64,000 nucleotides of DNA. Origin: a virus. The notes beneath the pieces are model-generated. The model was not told where the DNA came from. It saw only the letters and a list, made by a program, of their open reading frames with translations, and did not search any database. How positions within the stretch are numbered: the first letter of the stretch is position 1; the number at the start of each line of letters is the position of its first letter. Of this stretch, positions 57,208 through 64,000 are shown one piece after another. A program made the position numbers and the translations under genes. The stretch is taken from IMG/VR virus record IMGVR_UViG_3300034071_001657; one strand, 5' to 3'.

Positions 57208-57582
57208 TTAATGAATGATATCAGATTTATGTGTCTTTAGCAAGGATTTTAGAGTTTCTTCCTCAGTACCTTCTTCAATCCTTTCTTCTAGATGAAGTCC
57301 ACTGTCAATTATCTCATCGTAATTTTTGATTATGTCAGATGTAGGTTCAGCACATGCAACAATTGATGTTTTATATATCCGAACAGGATATTGAGTATTG
57401 AAAGTTGGATCCCATTTCAATATAGTGATACTAAGTTTTCCAGAATTAGTCATATACATAACAAATTTAAGTGGATCATCTATTTCAATGTAAGAGACTG
57501 TTTCTTTCTTGACATTTGCAATGATTGTTTCACCATTAGAAAGTTTAAAGACTTTTCTAATTAAAAGCTCTTTGTTTTCCAT
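57208..57582 (-). CDS. Conserved hypothetical protein between uvsW and gp55
   Basis: KLSNGETIIA N-terminus; C-terminal IIH. Confidence 0.7.
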   Translation of the reverse strand: MENKELLIRKVFKLSNGETIIANVKKETVSYIEIDDPLKFVMYMTNSGKLSITILKWDPTFNTQYPVRIYKTSIVACAEPTSDIIKNYDEIIDSGLHLEERIEEGTEEETLKSLLKTHKSDIIH

Positions 57583-57584
57583 GT

Positions 57585-59039
57585 TTAGCCCTTTAAATTA
57601 ATTTCATATATCTTGTAGGCAAACTTTTCTTCATTATAAATTTTCATTCTTTCTATAAAATGATCTAGAGTAAAATTTTTTCTAGACTTATAAGTTAAAT
57701 CGTCTGCAATGTCAAACAGTGTAGCTGATTCTTTGTTGTCTCCCAATCGTAAACCTCTACCTATTGATTGAAGAGTTCTAATCTTACTTTTACTTGGTGA
57801 TGCGAAAACAATATTGTGCAGATTACGTATATTTATCCCTGTTGAAAACGTCCCATATGAAGCAACAATGATTGCATCGTTTTCTTTTTCTGTGATTGAT
57901 CTAACTAGTTCTCTGTCTTCAGCAGAAACACCTCCATGCACAAAGAAAACTTTTCTATCGCCACACTTTGCCCAAATCATATCGTACAGAAGCTTTCCGT
58001 GTTTTTCTACTAGCTGATAAAGAACTAAAGTGTTGCCATTTAAACTGAGTGTTAAATTTCTTATGAATTTGTTTCTTTTTGGATTTGCAACAAGAAAATC
58101 AATTTCGTCTTTGTATTTGCTCTTTTTCAAGAATGAGCATGATTCTTCATCATATTTCAATATCAAGGCTTTAATTTTAAATTCTGACAGATTACCTTTT
58201 TCAATTAATTCTTTTGTTGTAGTGACTCTTTTTTCTCTACCAAAAAGTCCTTCTAGTACAAGCTTATGAGTTTGAGTACCGTCGAGTGTTCCTGTCAATC
58301 CAAAACGATATGCGCAGTCTGTTAGATTGGTCATGATTGTTGTTAGTGATTGCGCTTTGAATAGATGTGCTTCATCGCCTATGACCAAATTAAATTGCTG
58401 AAACCATTCTTTTGGTTGCTTGTATATTGATTGCCAAGTGGTTATAATGATTTGTTTGTTCGAATCTTTTGATTTATCAAATGGTATTTGGTGAATATTT
58501 GTTTGACTGTCGAATCCGTAATCTATAAAGTCTTTGTATAGCTGAGACACTAAAGACACTGTTGGAACAATAATCAACGTCTTCGTGTTGAGATATCTAG
58601 TTATAAGATAGATAATAAATGATTTACCGGATGCTGTGGGTGATATCAGTAAGCCTCTTTTATTTCGAATAGCATACAGAAAAGCTTTTAGTTGATAGTC
58701 TCGTACCTCAAAGGGAGAATTCAATTGTTCAATAAAGCTTGCTGCTTCTGCAACAGAAAATTCATTGGCAATATCTACATTTGAATCTATCTCTATGCCG
58801 TAGTTTCTTTCTTCACAGAATTGTTTAATGTATGGTATTAACCCATAGTAAATTTTGTGATCAAAGGTATTAAATAATCTGATCTTTCCATCCCAAACTT
58901 TATTTCTAAATGCTGGCATAAATTTATACCCAGGCACATAGAATGTGAAGTATTCGCTAAGTTCCATTGCTTCGCCTCTTTCGCAATGAACTTTTACGTA
59001 TACTTCATTTAATTTAGTGATGAATAGATTATTGGACAC
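57585..59039 (-). CDS. uvsW: SF2 RNA-DNA/DNA helicase UvsW
   Basis: WDGKIRLF, SPTASGKS, GDEAH, QSIGRGLR. Confidence 0.97.
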   Translation of the reverse strand: MSNNLFITKLNEVYVKVHCERGEAMELSEYFTFYVPGYKFMPAFRNKVWDGKIRLFNTFDHKIYYGLIPYIKQFCEERNYGIEIDSNVDIANEFSVAEAASFIEQLNSPFEVRDYQLKAFLYAIRNKRGLLISPTASGKSFIIYLITRYLNTKTLIIVPTVSLVSQLYKDFIDYGFDSQTNIHQIPFDKSKDSNKQIIITTWQSIYKQPKEWFQQFNLVIGDEAHLFKAQSLTTIMTNLTDCAYRFGLTGTLDGTQTHKLVLEGLFGREKRVTTTKELIEKGNLSEFKIKALILKYDEESCSFLKKSKYKDEIDFLVANPKRNKFIRNLTLSLNGNTLVLYQLVEKHGKLLYDMIWAKCGDRKVFFVHGGVSAEDRELVRSITEKENDAIIVASYGTFSTGINIRNLHNIVFASPSKSKIRTLQSIGRGLRLGDNKESATLFDIADDLTYKSRKNFTLDHFIERMKIYNEEKFAYKIYEINLKG

Positions 59040-59466
59040 CTTGCGTAAACTTCTTCCATTCTATAGCATTTTTTATTTGAAAGTTTCTTTGATTTAGATT
59101 CTTGATTACTTCTTCAATAAAATCTAGTTTTTCTTTTTGATTAAAAATGCGCATGTTAATTTCAATAACGTCTTTATCAGATTCTAGATACATATCTATT
59201 TCATTTTTCATAAGCCTTTTCATAAAAGGCTCCCATTTCAATTCGTCAAGTTCCTCTTGAGAAAGCTTTCCGTTATAGTATTCATATTTTTTAAGCATTA
59301 GGTCTTTCGACTTAAACTCAAAAGATTTAAGTCTTCGTCTTTCTTCAAAGTATATATTCATATACTTGCTATGCAATTCAGGTATCTTAGTTGATTCGAC
59401 GCCGAGTTCAGTAGAATCAATTTTAGAATCTTGTCTCCAAGATTCCATAATCTGGTCTAATGTCAT
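59029..59466 (-). CDS. uvsY: Recombination mediator UvsY
   Basis: W..DSKID...IPELHSKY...RNFQIKNAIEW. Confidence 0.93.
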   Translation of the reverse strand: MTLDQIMESWRQDSKIDSTELGVESTKIPELHSKYMNIYFEERRRLKSFEFKSKDLMLKKYEYYNGKLSQEELDELKWEPFMKRLMKNEIDMYLESDKDVIEINMRIFNQKEKLDFIEEVIKNLNQRNFQIKNAIEWKKFTQGVQ

Positions 59467-59491
59467 TATATATCTCCACTACAAAACAATC

Positions 59492-59520
59492 ATTATATCA
59501 CATAACGGCATTAGAATCAA
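59492..59520 (-). promoter_or_regulatory. Sigma70-type promoter for uvsY
   Basis: TTGATT-17 nt-TATAAT with TG extension. Confidence 0.7.
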
Positions 59521-60029
59521 ATATAATCTGCTTCGTATTTGGTATAGTTGAAAGTTACTGTAGAGGTAATAAAATCATGTGATTCAGTAGCTGACAGTTG
59601 AAATCCTGTTAGATTGGTAGGAAACAAATCAAAAAACTTCAATTTGACATTTGCATTGTTTGAATTTGTTTTTATGATGAGAGTCGCACTAGAGGTAAAG
59701 TTTTCATAGCTTCCAGGAGAATTTTTAAGAGTAGACTTAGGAAATCCTTCTGTGCCTGCCAATGCGTGAAGCCAATTATAAATTTCAAACCAAGATTTCA
59801 TGTCTTCATCAATTATGTATGAAACTGTTATTTCTTCAAATGTTATAATAGTTCCTGGAGTTTGAACTGTAACAAATGGAGTTGGTGTTGTTGCAATGCC
59901 TAAACTTATTGTGGGTAAATTTATTGTTTGAATAAAAAACTGAATGTTTGGCAATCTATCAATAACAAAGTCGAATTTGTTGTTTGATAGAAAGCTTTTG
60001 TTTGTAGGTTCTATTGGTAGCGTCGCCAT
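59517..60029 (-). CDS. gp3: Tail completion / sheath stabilizer (gp3-like)
   Basis: FLS..F.F.I.RLP..FF.Q..NLP, IDEDM..W.EIYNW, DLFPT.L; position after gp23. Confidence 0.85.
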   Translation of the reverse strand: MATLPIEPTNKSFLSNNKFDFVIDRLPNIQFFIQTINLPTISLGIATTPTPFVTVQTPGTIITFEEITVSYIIDEDMKSWFEIYNWLHALAGTEGFPKSTLKNSPGSYENFTSSATLIIKTNSNNANVKLKFFDLFPTNLTGFQLSATESHDFITSTVTFNYTKYEADYI

Positions 60030-60047
60030 GTTGACTCCTTTTAGAAC

Positions 60048-60055
60048 TATTTATG
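60048..60055 (-). promoter_or_regulatory. T4-type late promoter for gp3
   Basis: CATAAATA just downstream of the gp23 terminator. Confidence 0.65.
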
Positions 60056-60062
60056 CATAATG

Positions 60063-60107
60063 AAAAAGGGGCCCGAAGGCCCCTTGAACGGGGGCCCGCA
60101 GACCCCC
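60063..60107 (-). terminator. Tandem hairpins / Rho-independent terminator after gp23
   Basis: GGGGGTC-TGCG-GGCCCCC then GGGGCC-TTCG-GGCCCC-TTTTT. Confidence 0.85.
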
Positions 60108-60133
60108 TACCGATGTAACCTCGGCTTAATCAA

Positions 60134-61450
60134 TTACATTAGATTGGTGATAGCGATCTTTCTGTAATAGATATTCTTGTTAGCAAAAGCGATTGTACCA
60201 TCAGCAGCAGTTGTTGCGAATGGGTTTGCAACCATTCCATAACGTGTCTTGAAGCCGATCTTTGGCTGGAATGTATCTTGACCAACCGCACGAACCATCT
60301 GGAGAGGAACGTATGGGCAGTAGAAGAGACCAGCGTCAAATGCTGAAGTACCTTTGTAACCGATTGTGGCATAGTGAACGCCAGAAGAAGCTGCAAAGTA
60401 TGGATCGATGTAAACACGAATGCGACCATTGAGAACACCAGCGAATGTGTTGCCTGTGTCATCAACTTGTAGGTTGTTTGCAAGTGCAGGTGTGTAATCA
60501 AGAACACCAGCCATCTGAAGAGCAGAAGCGACATCTGATGAGCAAATCATGATGTTGCCTTTACCTCTACGGGTAGCTTTGGCGATTGCATTTGATTCAC
60601 GCTCTAATTGGAACATTAGACCCTTGAACTTCTCAACTGACCAACGACCATTTGCGTCAACGTCAAGATCGAAAGTGCCTGCTGTTGCAACGTTTTCTTG
60701 TGCACCGATTGTTGCTGTTCTATTGATTTGACGAACAACTTCACGATTGATTTCAGCAAGAATTTCTGTTGAAAGAATGTTGGCAAGTTCTTGCTCTGCG
60801 TCAAGACCGTGAACTGCTTTAAGGTCTTGTGCAAGTTCCATCGTGTATTCTGCTTTGAGAGCGCGGCTCTTTGCAACGACGGAAATCTTTTCGATGCTGA
60901 ATGCCATCTCAGGGAAGGTGTTTGAACCGTCACCTAATGCTTCAGCAGCGTATGTTGAAAGACCTGTACCAACTGTGTAGTTGTTTGCAACGTCTGCATC
61001 AACTGGTGTTTGACCGCCGTGTGTGCCTGTACCAGAGAAATCTGTATCGGCTTCGTTGAACAATGCTTCAGCACCACCTTGATTGGTGTAGCGTGAACGC
61101 ATTGCGAAGATAAGTCCTGTTGGACCGCTCATTGGCTGAACGCCGCAGATATCGTATGCAATTAGATTTGGCATTGATCTACGAACCAAGCTGATTAGAA
61201 CTGGGTCATAGATATCAATGGCGCCGTCACCAGCAACAGATGAAGAACCCTTCATTGCGTTGGTTGGAGCATCTTCTGTTAGAAGAGAAGTTGGTGAACG
61301 ATAACCACCAGAAGAATTTTCGCGGCAAGAAATTTCTTGATTCTCTAGAAGTTGTGCAACAACTGCTTTTCTATGTGAGTCTTTGATTGATGGCAACTCA
61401 GTATGTTCAAGAACTGGTGCCCATTTTTTTACTAAAGCTTCGATTGACAT
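60134..61450 (-). CDS. gp23: Major capsid protein (gp23)
   Basis: KWAPVL, DPVLISLVRR, GVQPMSGPTG, FYCPYVPL, FKTRYG. Confidence 0.99.
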   Translation of the reverse strand: MSIEALVKKWAPVLEHTELPSIKDSHRKAVVAQLLENQEISCRENSSGGYRSPTSLLTEDAPTNAMKGSSSVAGDGAIDIYDPVLISLVRRSMPNLIAYDICGVQPMSGPTGLIFAMRSRYTNQGGAEALFNEADTDFSGTGTHGGQTPVDADVANNYTVGTGLSTYAAEALGDGSNTFPEMAFSIEKISVVAKSRALKAEYTMELAQDLKAVHGLDAEQELANILSTEILAEINREVVRQINRTATIGAQENVATAGTFDLDVDANGRWSVEKFKGLMFQLERESNAIAKATRRGKGNIMICSSDVASALQMAGVLDYTPALANNLQVDDTGNTFAGVLNGRIRVYIDPYFAASSGVHYATIGYKGTSAFDAGLFYCPYVPLQMVRAVGQDTFQPKIGFKTRYGMVANPFATTAADGTIAFANKNIYYRKIAITNLM

Positions 61451-61485
61451 ATTTTTCTCCTTTGAGTATTTAAAAACTCTGTTAC

Positions 61486-61493
61486 TATTTATA
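61486..61493 (-). promoter_or_regulatory. T4-type late promoter for gp23
   Basis: TATAAATA. Confidence 0.8.
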
Positions 61494-61498
61494 ATTTT

Positions 61499-62269
61499 TT
61501 ACTTTTTGAGTGTTCTTGAAATGCTCTGAACATAATGAGCCATCGCTGGCGAAACTGATTCATCGAGAGTCGTAGAGGCATCAGAATCTATTGAAGACTC
61601 TTCAACTTTTTCTTCGGATTTAGTTTGTTCAAAATACTTTTTCTTTGTGAGAATAAGTTTTTGCTTATAGTCTTCTTCAGAAATAAATTCAATGTTTTCT
61701 GCTAAAGACTTAAGTTTTTCAGTTTGAATTTCTGATAAACCCTCGGAAACTGTCTTGATTAGATCGCTCATTTTGTGAACGTTCAATTCTTCAGTTAATT
61801 CTGCATTTGTTGAAATGGCCTTGTTCAATTCTGCCTGAATTTCATCAAGTTTCACCGTAAGTTGCTCAACGGCATCAACTTTTTCGTCTGGAAGATCGAT
61901 ATAGTTCTCAACGAATAGATTTTTCAATCCATTCATGAAGCCCTCGGCAATCTCAGTTTTTAGATTGTGTTGAATTGAAACTTGATTTGTTTCTAACCAC
62001 TCTGAAACTACGTAGTTAAGATACTCATCTAATTTTTCAACTAATCCTGCGGCAAACTCTTCTGTTTGTTCTTCTAATTTTAGATCGAATTCTTCTTGAA
62101 GCTTTTCTTTCTGTTCATCTACTTTGGCAAGAACCGCTGCTTCAAAAATAGATTTGGCATTTGTTTTAAATTCTTCTGAAAGATTTTCGTCTGCGAAAAG
62201 AGCGTCAACATCACTAACGTCGATCTTTTTCTCTTCCAAACTTTCTTCTTTATTATTGTCTACTAACAT
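61499..62269 (-). CDS. gp22: Prohead core scaffold (gp22)
   Basis: LSEEFK..A..IFEAAV, YLNYVV.EW, gp21-22-23 synteny. Confidence 0.93.
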   Translation of the reverse strand: MLVDNNKEESLEEKKIDVSDVDALFADENLSEEFKTNAKSIFEAAVLAKVDEQKEKLQEEFDLKLEEQTEEFAAGLVEKLDEYLNYVVSEWLETNQVSIQHNLKTEIAEGFMNGLKNLFVENYIDLPDEKVDAVEQLTVKLDEIQAELNKAISTNAELTEELNVHKMSDLIKTVSEGLSEIQTEKLKSLAENIEFISEEDYKQKLILTKKKYFEQTKSEEKVEESSIDSDASTTLDESVSPAMAHYVQSISRTLKK

Positions 62270-62313
62270 ATTGCTTCTCCTTTTATTTTAATTCATATTA
62301 TGAATCATTATCT

Positions 62314-62321
62314 TATTTATA
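62314..62321 (-). promoter_or_regulatory. T4-type late promoter for gp22
   Basis: TATAAATA. Confidence 0.7.
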
Positions 62322-62967
62322 AACTTTTTAAGAATGCTTCAAAAACTTTAAGTTTAACTTCTTCTAAATTCTTAGAACTTGTTTTTTGAATCACTCTCTT
62401 AGTTTCTTCTATGTGTTTGCCAATCCAGCGACCTTCAACAAAAACCCATTCTTTATTTTCCATAACACCTCTTACAAAGGCATCGGGCGCTGATGGATCC
62501 GCAACAATGTCAGCAGCAGTTGCAAGATAGAAATCATCTTTCACAACTTTTATGCCCTCTTTATTTTCTTCTAGTGTTCCCATACCTCTTGTGGAAACGC
62601 CTAGAGTAGCACCTTCTTCAATTAAATTCTTGACAATATTTCCATAAGGTGTATCTAAAATTTTAGCTTTACCATAGAAATCTGTTTTGTCTGCTTTTAA
62701 TTCTTTAATTAGAAGTGCAGTTCTTTCTAAATTAATTGTTGGTCCATCTGGATGTCCAAGTTCACCAAATGCTCGGCCTTTTGAAACAAACTCATTAATA
62801 TACCGTGTGGCTTCTCTGTTTAGAATGTCGAACGAATACATTCTACCATTTCTGTTAGGTCTTTCAGATTGCATAAAAATGCCTTCGATGAAAAGATTTC
62901 TCTTTCCAGATTCTGAAGCCTCGGTGATAAATTTAATTTCTTCGTTTAATTCTGTGATTAGTTTCAT
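62317..62967 (-). CDS. gp21: Prohead protease (gp21)
   Basis: MKLITE, NRNGRMY, GELGHP, GVSTRGMG, DIVADPSAPDA. Confidence 0.97.
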   Translation of the reverse strand: MKLITELNEEIKFITEASESGKRNLFIEGIFMQSERPNRNGRMYSFDILNREATRYINEFVSKGRAFGELGHPDGPTINLERTALLIKELKADKTDFYGKAKILDTPYGNIVKNLIEEGATLGVSTRGMGTLEENKEGIKVVKDDFYLATAADIVADPSAPDAFVRGVMENKEWVFVEGRWIGKHIEETKRVIQKTSSKNLEEVKLKVFEAFLKSL

Positions 62968-63413
62968 GGTGAAACTCCATCGTCGGTTGTTTCTCTACTT
63001 GTATAACCAGCGGTTTTCTTACCCTCAACAATAACTGTATATCCTGCACCAGCAGTAAATCCTAATGTCGAGAGATAAATGTCACCATTTGTATTTGCAA
63101 TATTATTTGTTATTGGTGCCGTCAAGTTGGTTACTAAATCCATAGTTCCAGAGCCGGAGAGATATGCAATCGTATTTGGCGAATCGCCTGACCACATAAG
63201 TTTAACCTTAGAATTTGCTCCGGCAATTGACCAGGTCAATTTATTTATGGTAATTCTTTGATCTGTTGCTGAACCATTTGCAACGGCAGTTAATCCAGAA
63301 ACATCAACCTTAAGAACATTGGTCTCTCCGGTACCGTCTGATTCATTGGTAAATTTATATGCCCATGCTGCGGCATGATCTTTCAACTTTTGTGACGTTA
63401 CGGTATCAGCCAT
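62964..63413 (-). CDS. Conserved T4-like head-region protein
   Basis: MADTVTSQ...KFTNESDGTGE..VLKVDVS; position before gp21. Confidence 0.7.
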   Translation of the reverse strand: MADTVTSQKLKDHAAAWAYKFTNESDGTGETNVLKVDVSGLTAVANGSATDQRITINKLTWSIAGANSKVKLMWSGDSPNTIAYLSGSGTMDLVTNLTAPITNNIANTNGDIYLSTLGFTAGAGYTVIVEGKKTAGYTSRETTDDGVSP

Positions 63414-63414
63414 T

Positions 63415-63960
63415 TTATTCCTCTAATAGGTTTAGAGAAAACTCTAAAAGCTTGTCAAAGTCTTCTTCAATTTTTTCTAGAAATAATTCTTGATTTTCTT
63501 CGTTCAAAGAATCATACAATGCAATTAAGGCCGACTGATGTTCTTCGTTCTTTGTTTTGGCCATGATTGTTTTATATGCTTTTTTAGCAGCCTCTGGCTT
63601 GTCACGAACCATTGCTGATGCTACTGCAAAAGGTCCACCTTTTGATTCATCACCAACACCTTTCTTTTTGAACTCTTTACCGATGGTGTGTGCCATTTTA
63701 GTTTCTTGTTTACTAAAATCGGCCTCATCGAGTTCAACTTCTTCTTTTTTCAGTGCGCCCCGCGCTTCGGCAGATTTAAGCATTGCAATTCTATCACGAT
63801 AACCAGCTACTCCTGGCTTAATATCTTTTGAAGCCTTTTTCTCCCCTGCTGTTGGCTTGGCGATATGCTTCATTGTAGTTTTAGCTTGATGACTTTCTGC
63901 TTCATCAACTTGTTCAACTTCTTCTTCCGTTACCAAAAGAAAATTTTTAAAACTCTTCAT
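63415..63960 (-). CDS. Prohead core protein (gp67/gp68 region)
   Basis: MKSFKNFL capsid-targeting-like start; EEVEQVDE and EEVELDE linkers; LYDSLNEENQ. Confidence 0.7.
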   Translation of the reverse strand: MKSFKNFLLVTEEEVEQVDEAESHQAKTTMKHIAKPTAGEKKASKDIKPGVAGYRDRIAMLKSAEARGALKKEEVELDEADFSKQETKMAHTIGKEFKKKGVGDESKGGPFAVASAMVRDKPEAAKKAYKTIMAKTKNEEHQSALIALYDSLNEENQELFLEKIEEDFDKLLEFSLNLLEE

Positions 63961-64000
63961 TTGCGGTTTCCTCATCCTCTGAGTTATTATTATCCTCTTC

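Noticed and set aside
2609-63802. Many short plus-strand and alternate-frame ORFs in the track (e.g. 41727-42260, 46898-47500, 11383-11856)
   Set aside because: They overlap well-supported minus-strand genes and lack SD, promoter or motif support.
1-64000. CRISPR array, tRNA, rRNA, integrase
   Set aside because: No regularly spaced repeats, cloverleafs or recombinase genes seen; intergenic gaps are short. tRNAscan-SE and Infernal would be needed to exclude them formally.
1-64000. Alternative genetic code (stop-codon reassignment)
   Set aside because: Core genes are full length under the standard code, and TAA, TAG and TGA all act as stops.

Overview
This 64 kb window is a contiguous piece of a lytic T4-like (Tevenvirinae/Kyanoviridae-style gene order) myovirus genome, with almost all genes on the minus strand. 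Read in transcription direction (right to left), it holds: prohead core/gp21/gp22/gp23/gp3; uvsY-uvsW-gp55-gp47-gp46; peptide deformylase; a coupled modification-type operon (hydroxylase, PLP enzyme, cupin, HldC/HldA/HldD-like heptose enzymes, dCMP deaminase, amino-methyltransferase); an HNH gene; early genes with a CobS/CobT-like pair and a glycosyltransferase; gp45-dsbA-gp44-gp62-regA; an island of one fibrinogen-like and seven LamG-like paralogs; Dps, an unannotated rubredoxin and Hsp20; gp43-uvsX-gp41; a late block of probable head-internal proteins; a GH19 endolysin/spanin lysis cassette; and primase, thyX, nrdA and nrdB. Spanins, sigma70 promoters, a CTGT-N8-ACAG box and ROSE-like hairpins point to a Gram-negative, probably proteobacterial, host (inference). 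The best candidates for undescribed biology are (1) head proteins built as small modules joined by repeated EEV-x-x-DE linkers that resemble gp21 protease sites, together with enzymes that look capsid-targeted; (2) the heptose/hydroxylase/PLP/methyltransferase operon; (3) a rubredoxin-hsp20 unit with ROSE-like RNA thermometer hairpins; and (4) the LamG paralog array with a swappable inserted domain. I saw no tRNA, rRNA, CRISPR array, integrase or reverse transcriptase. All calls come from motif recognition by eye; no searches were run.
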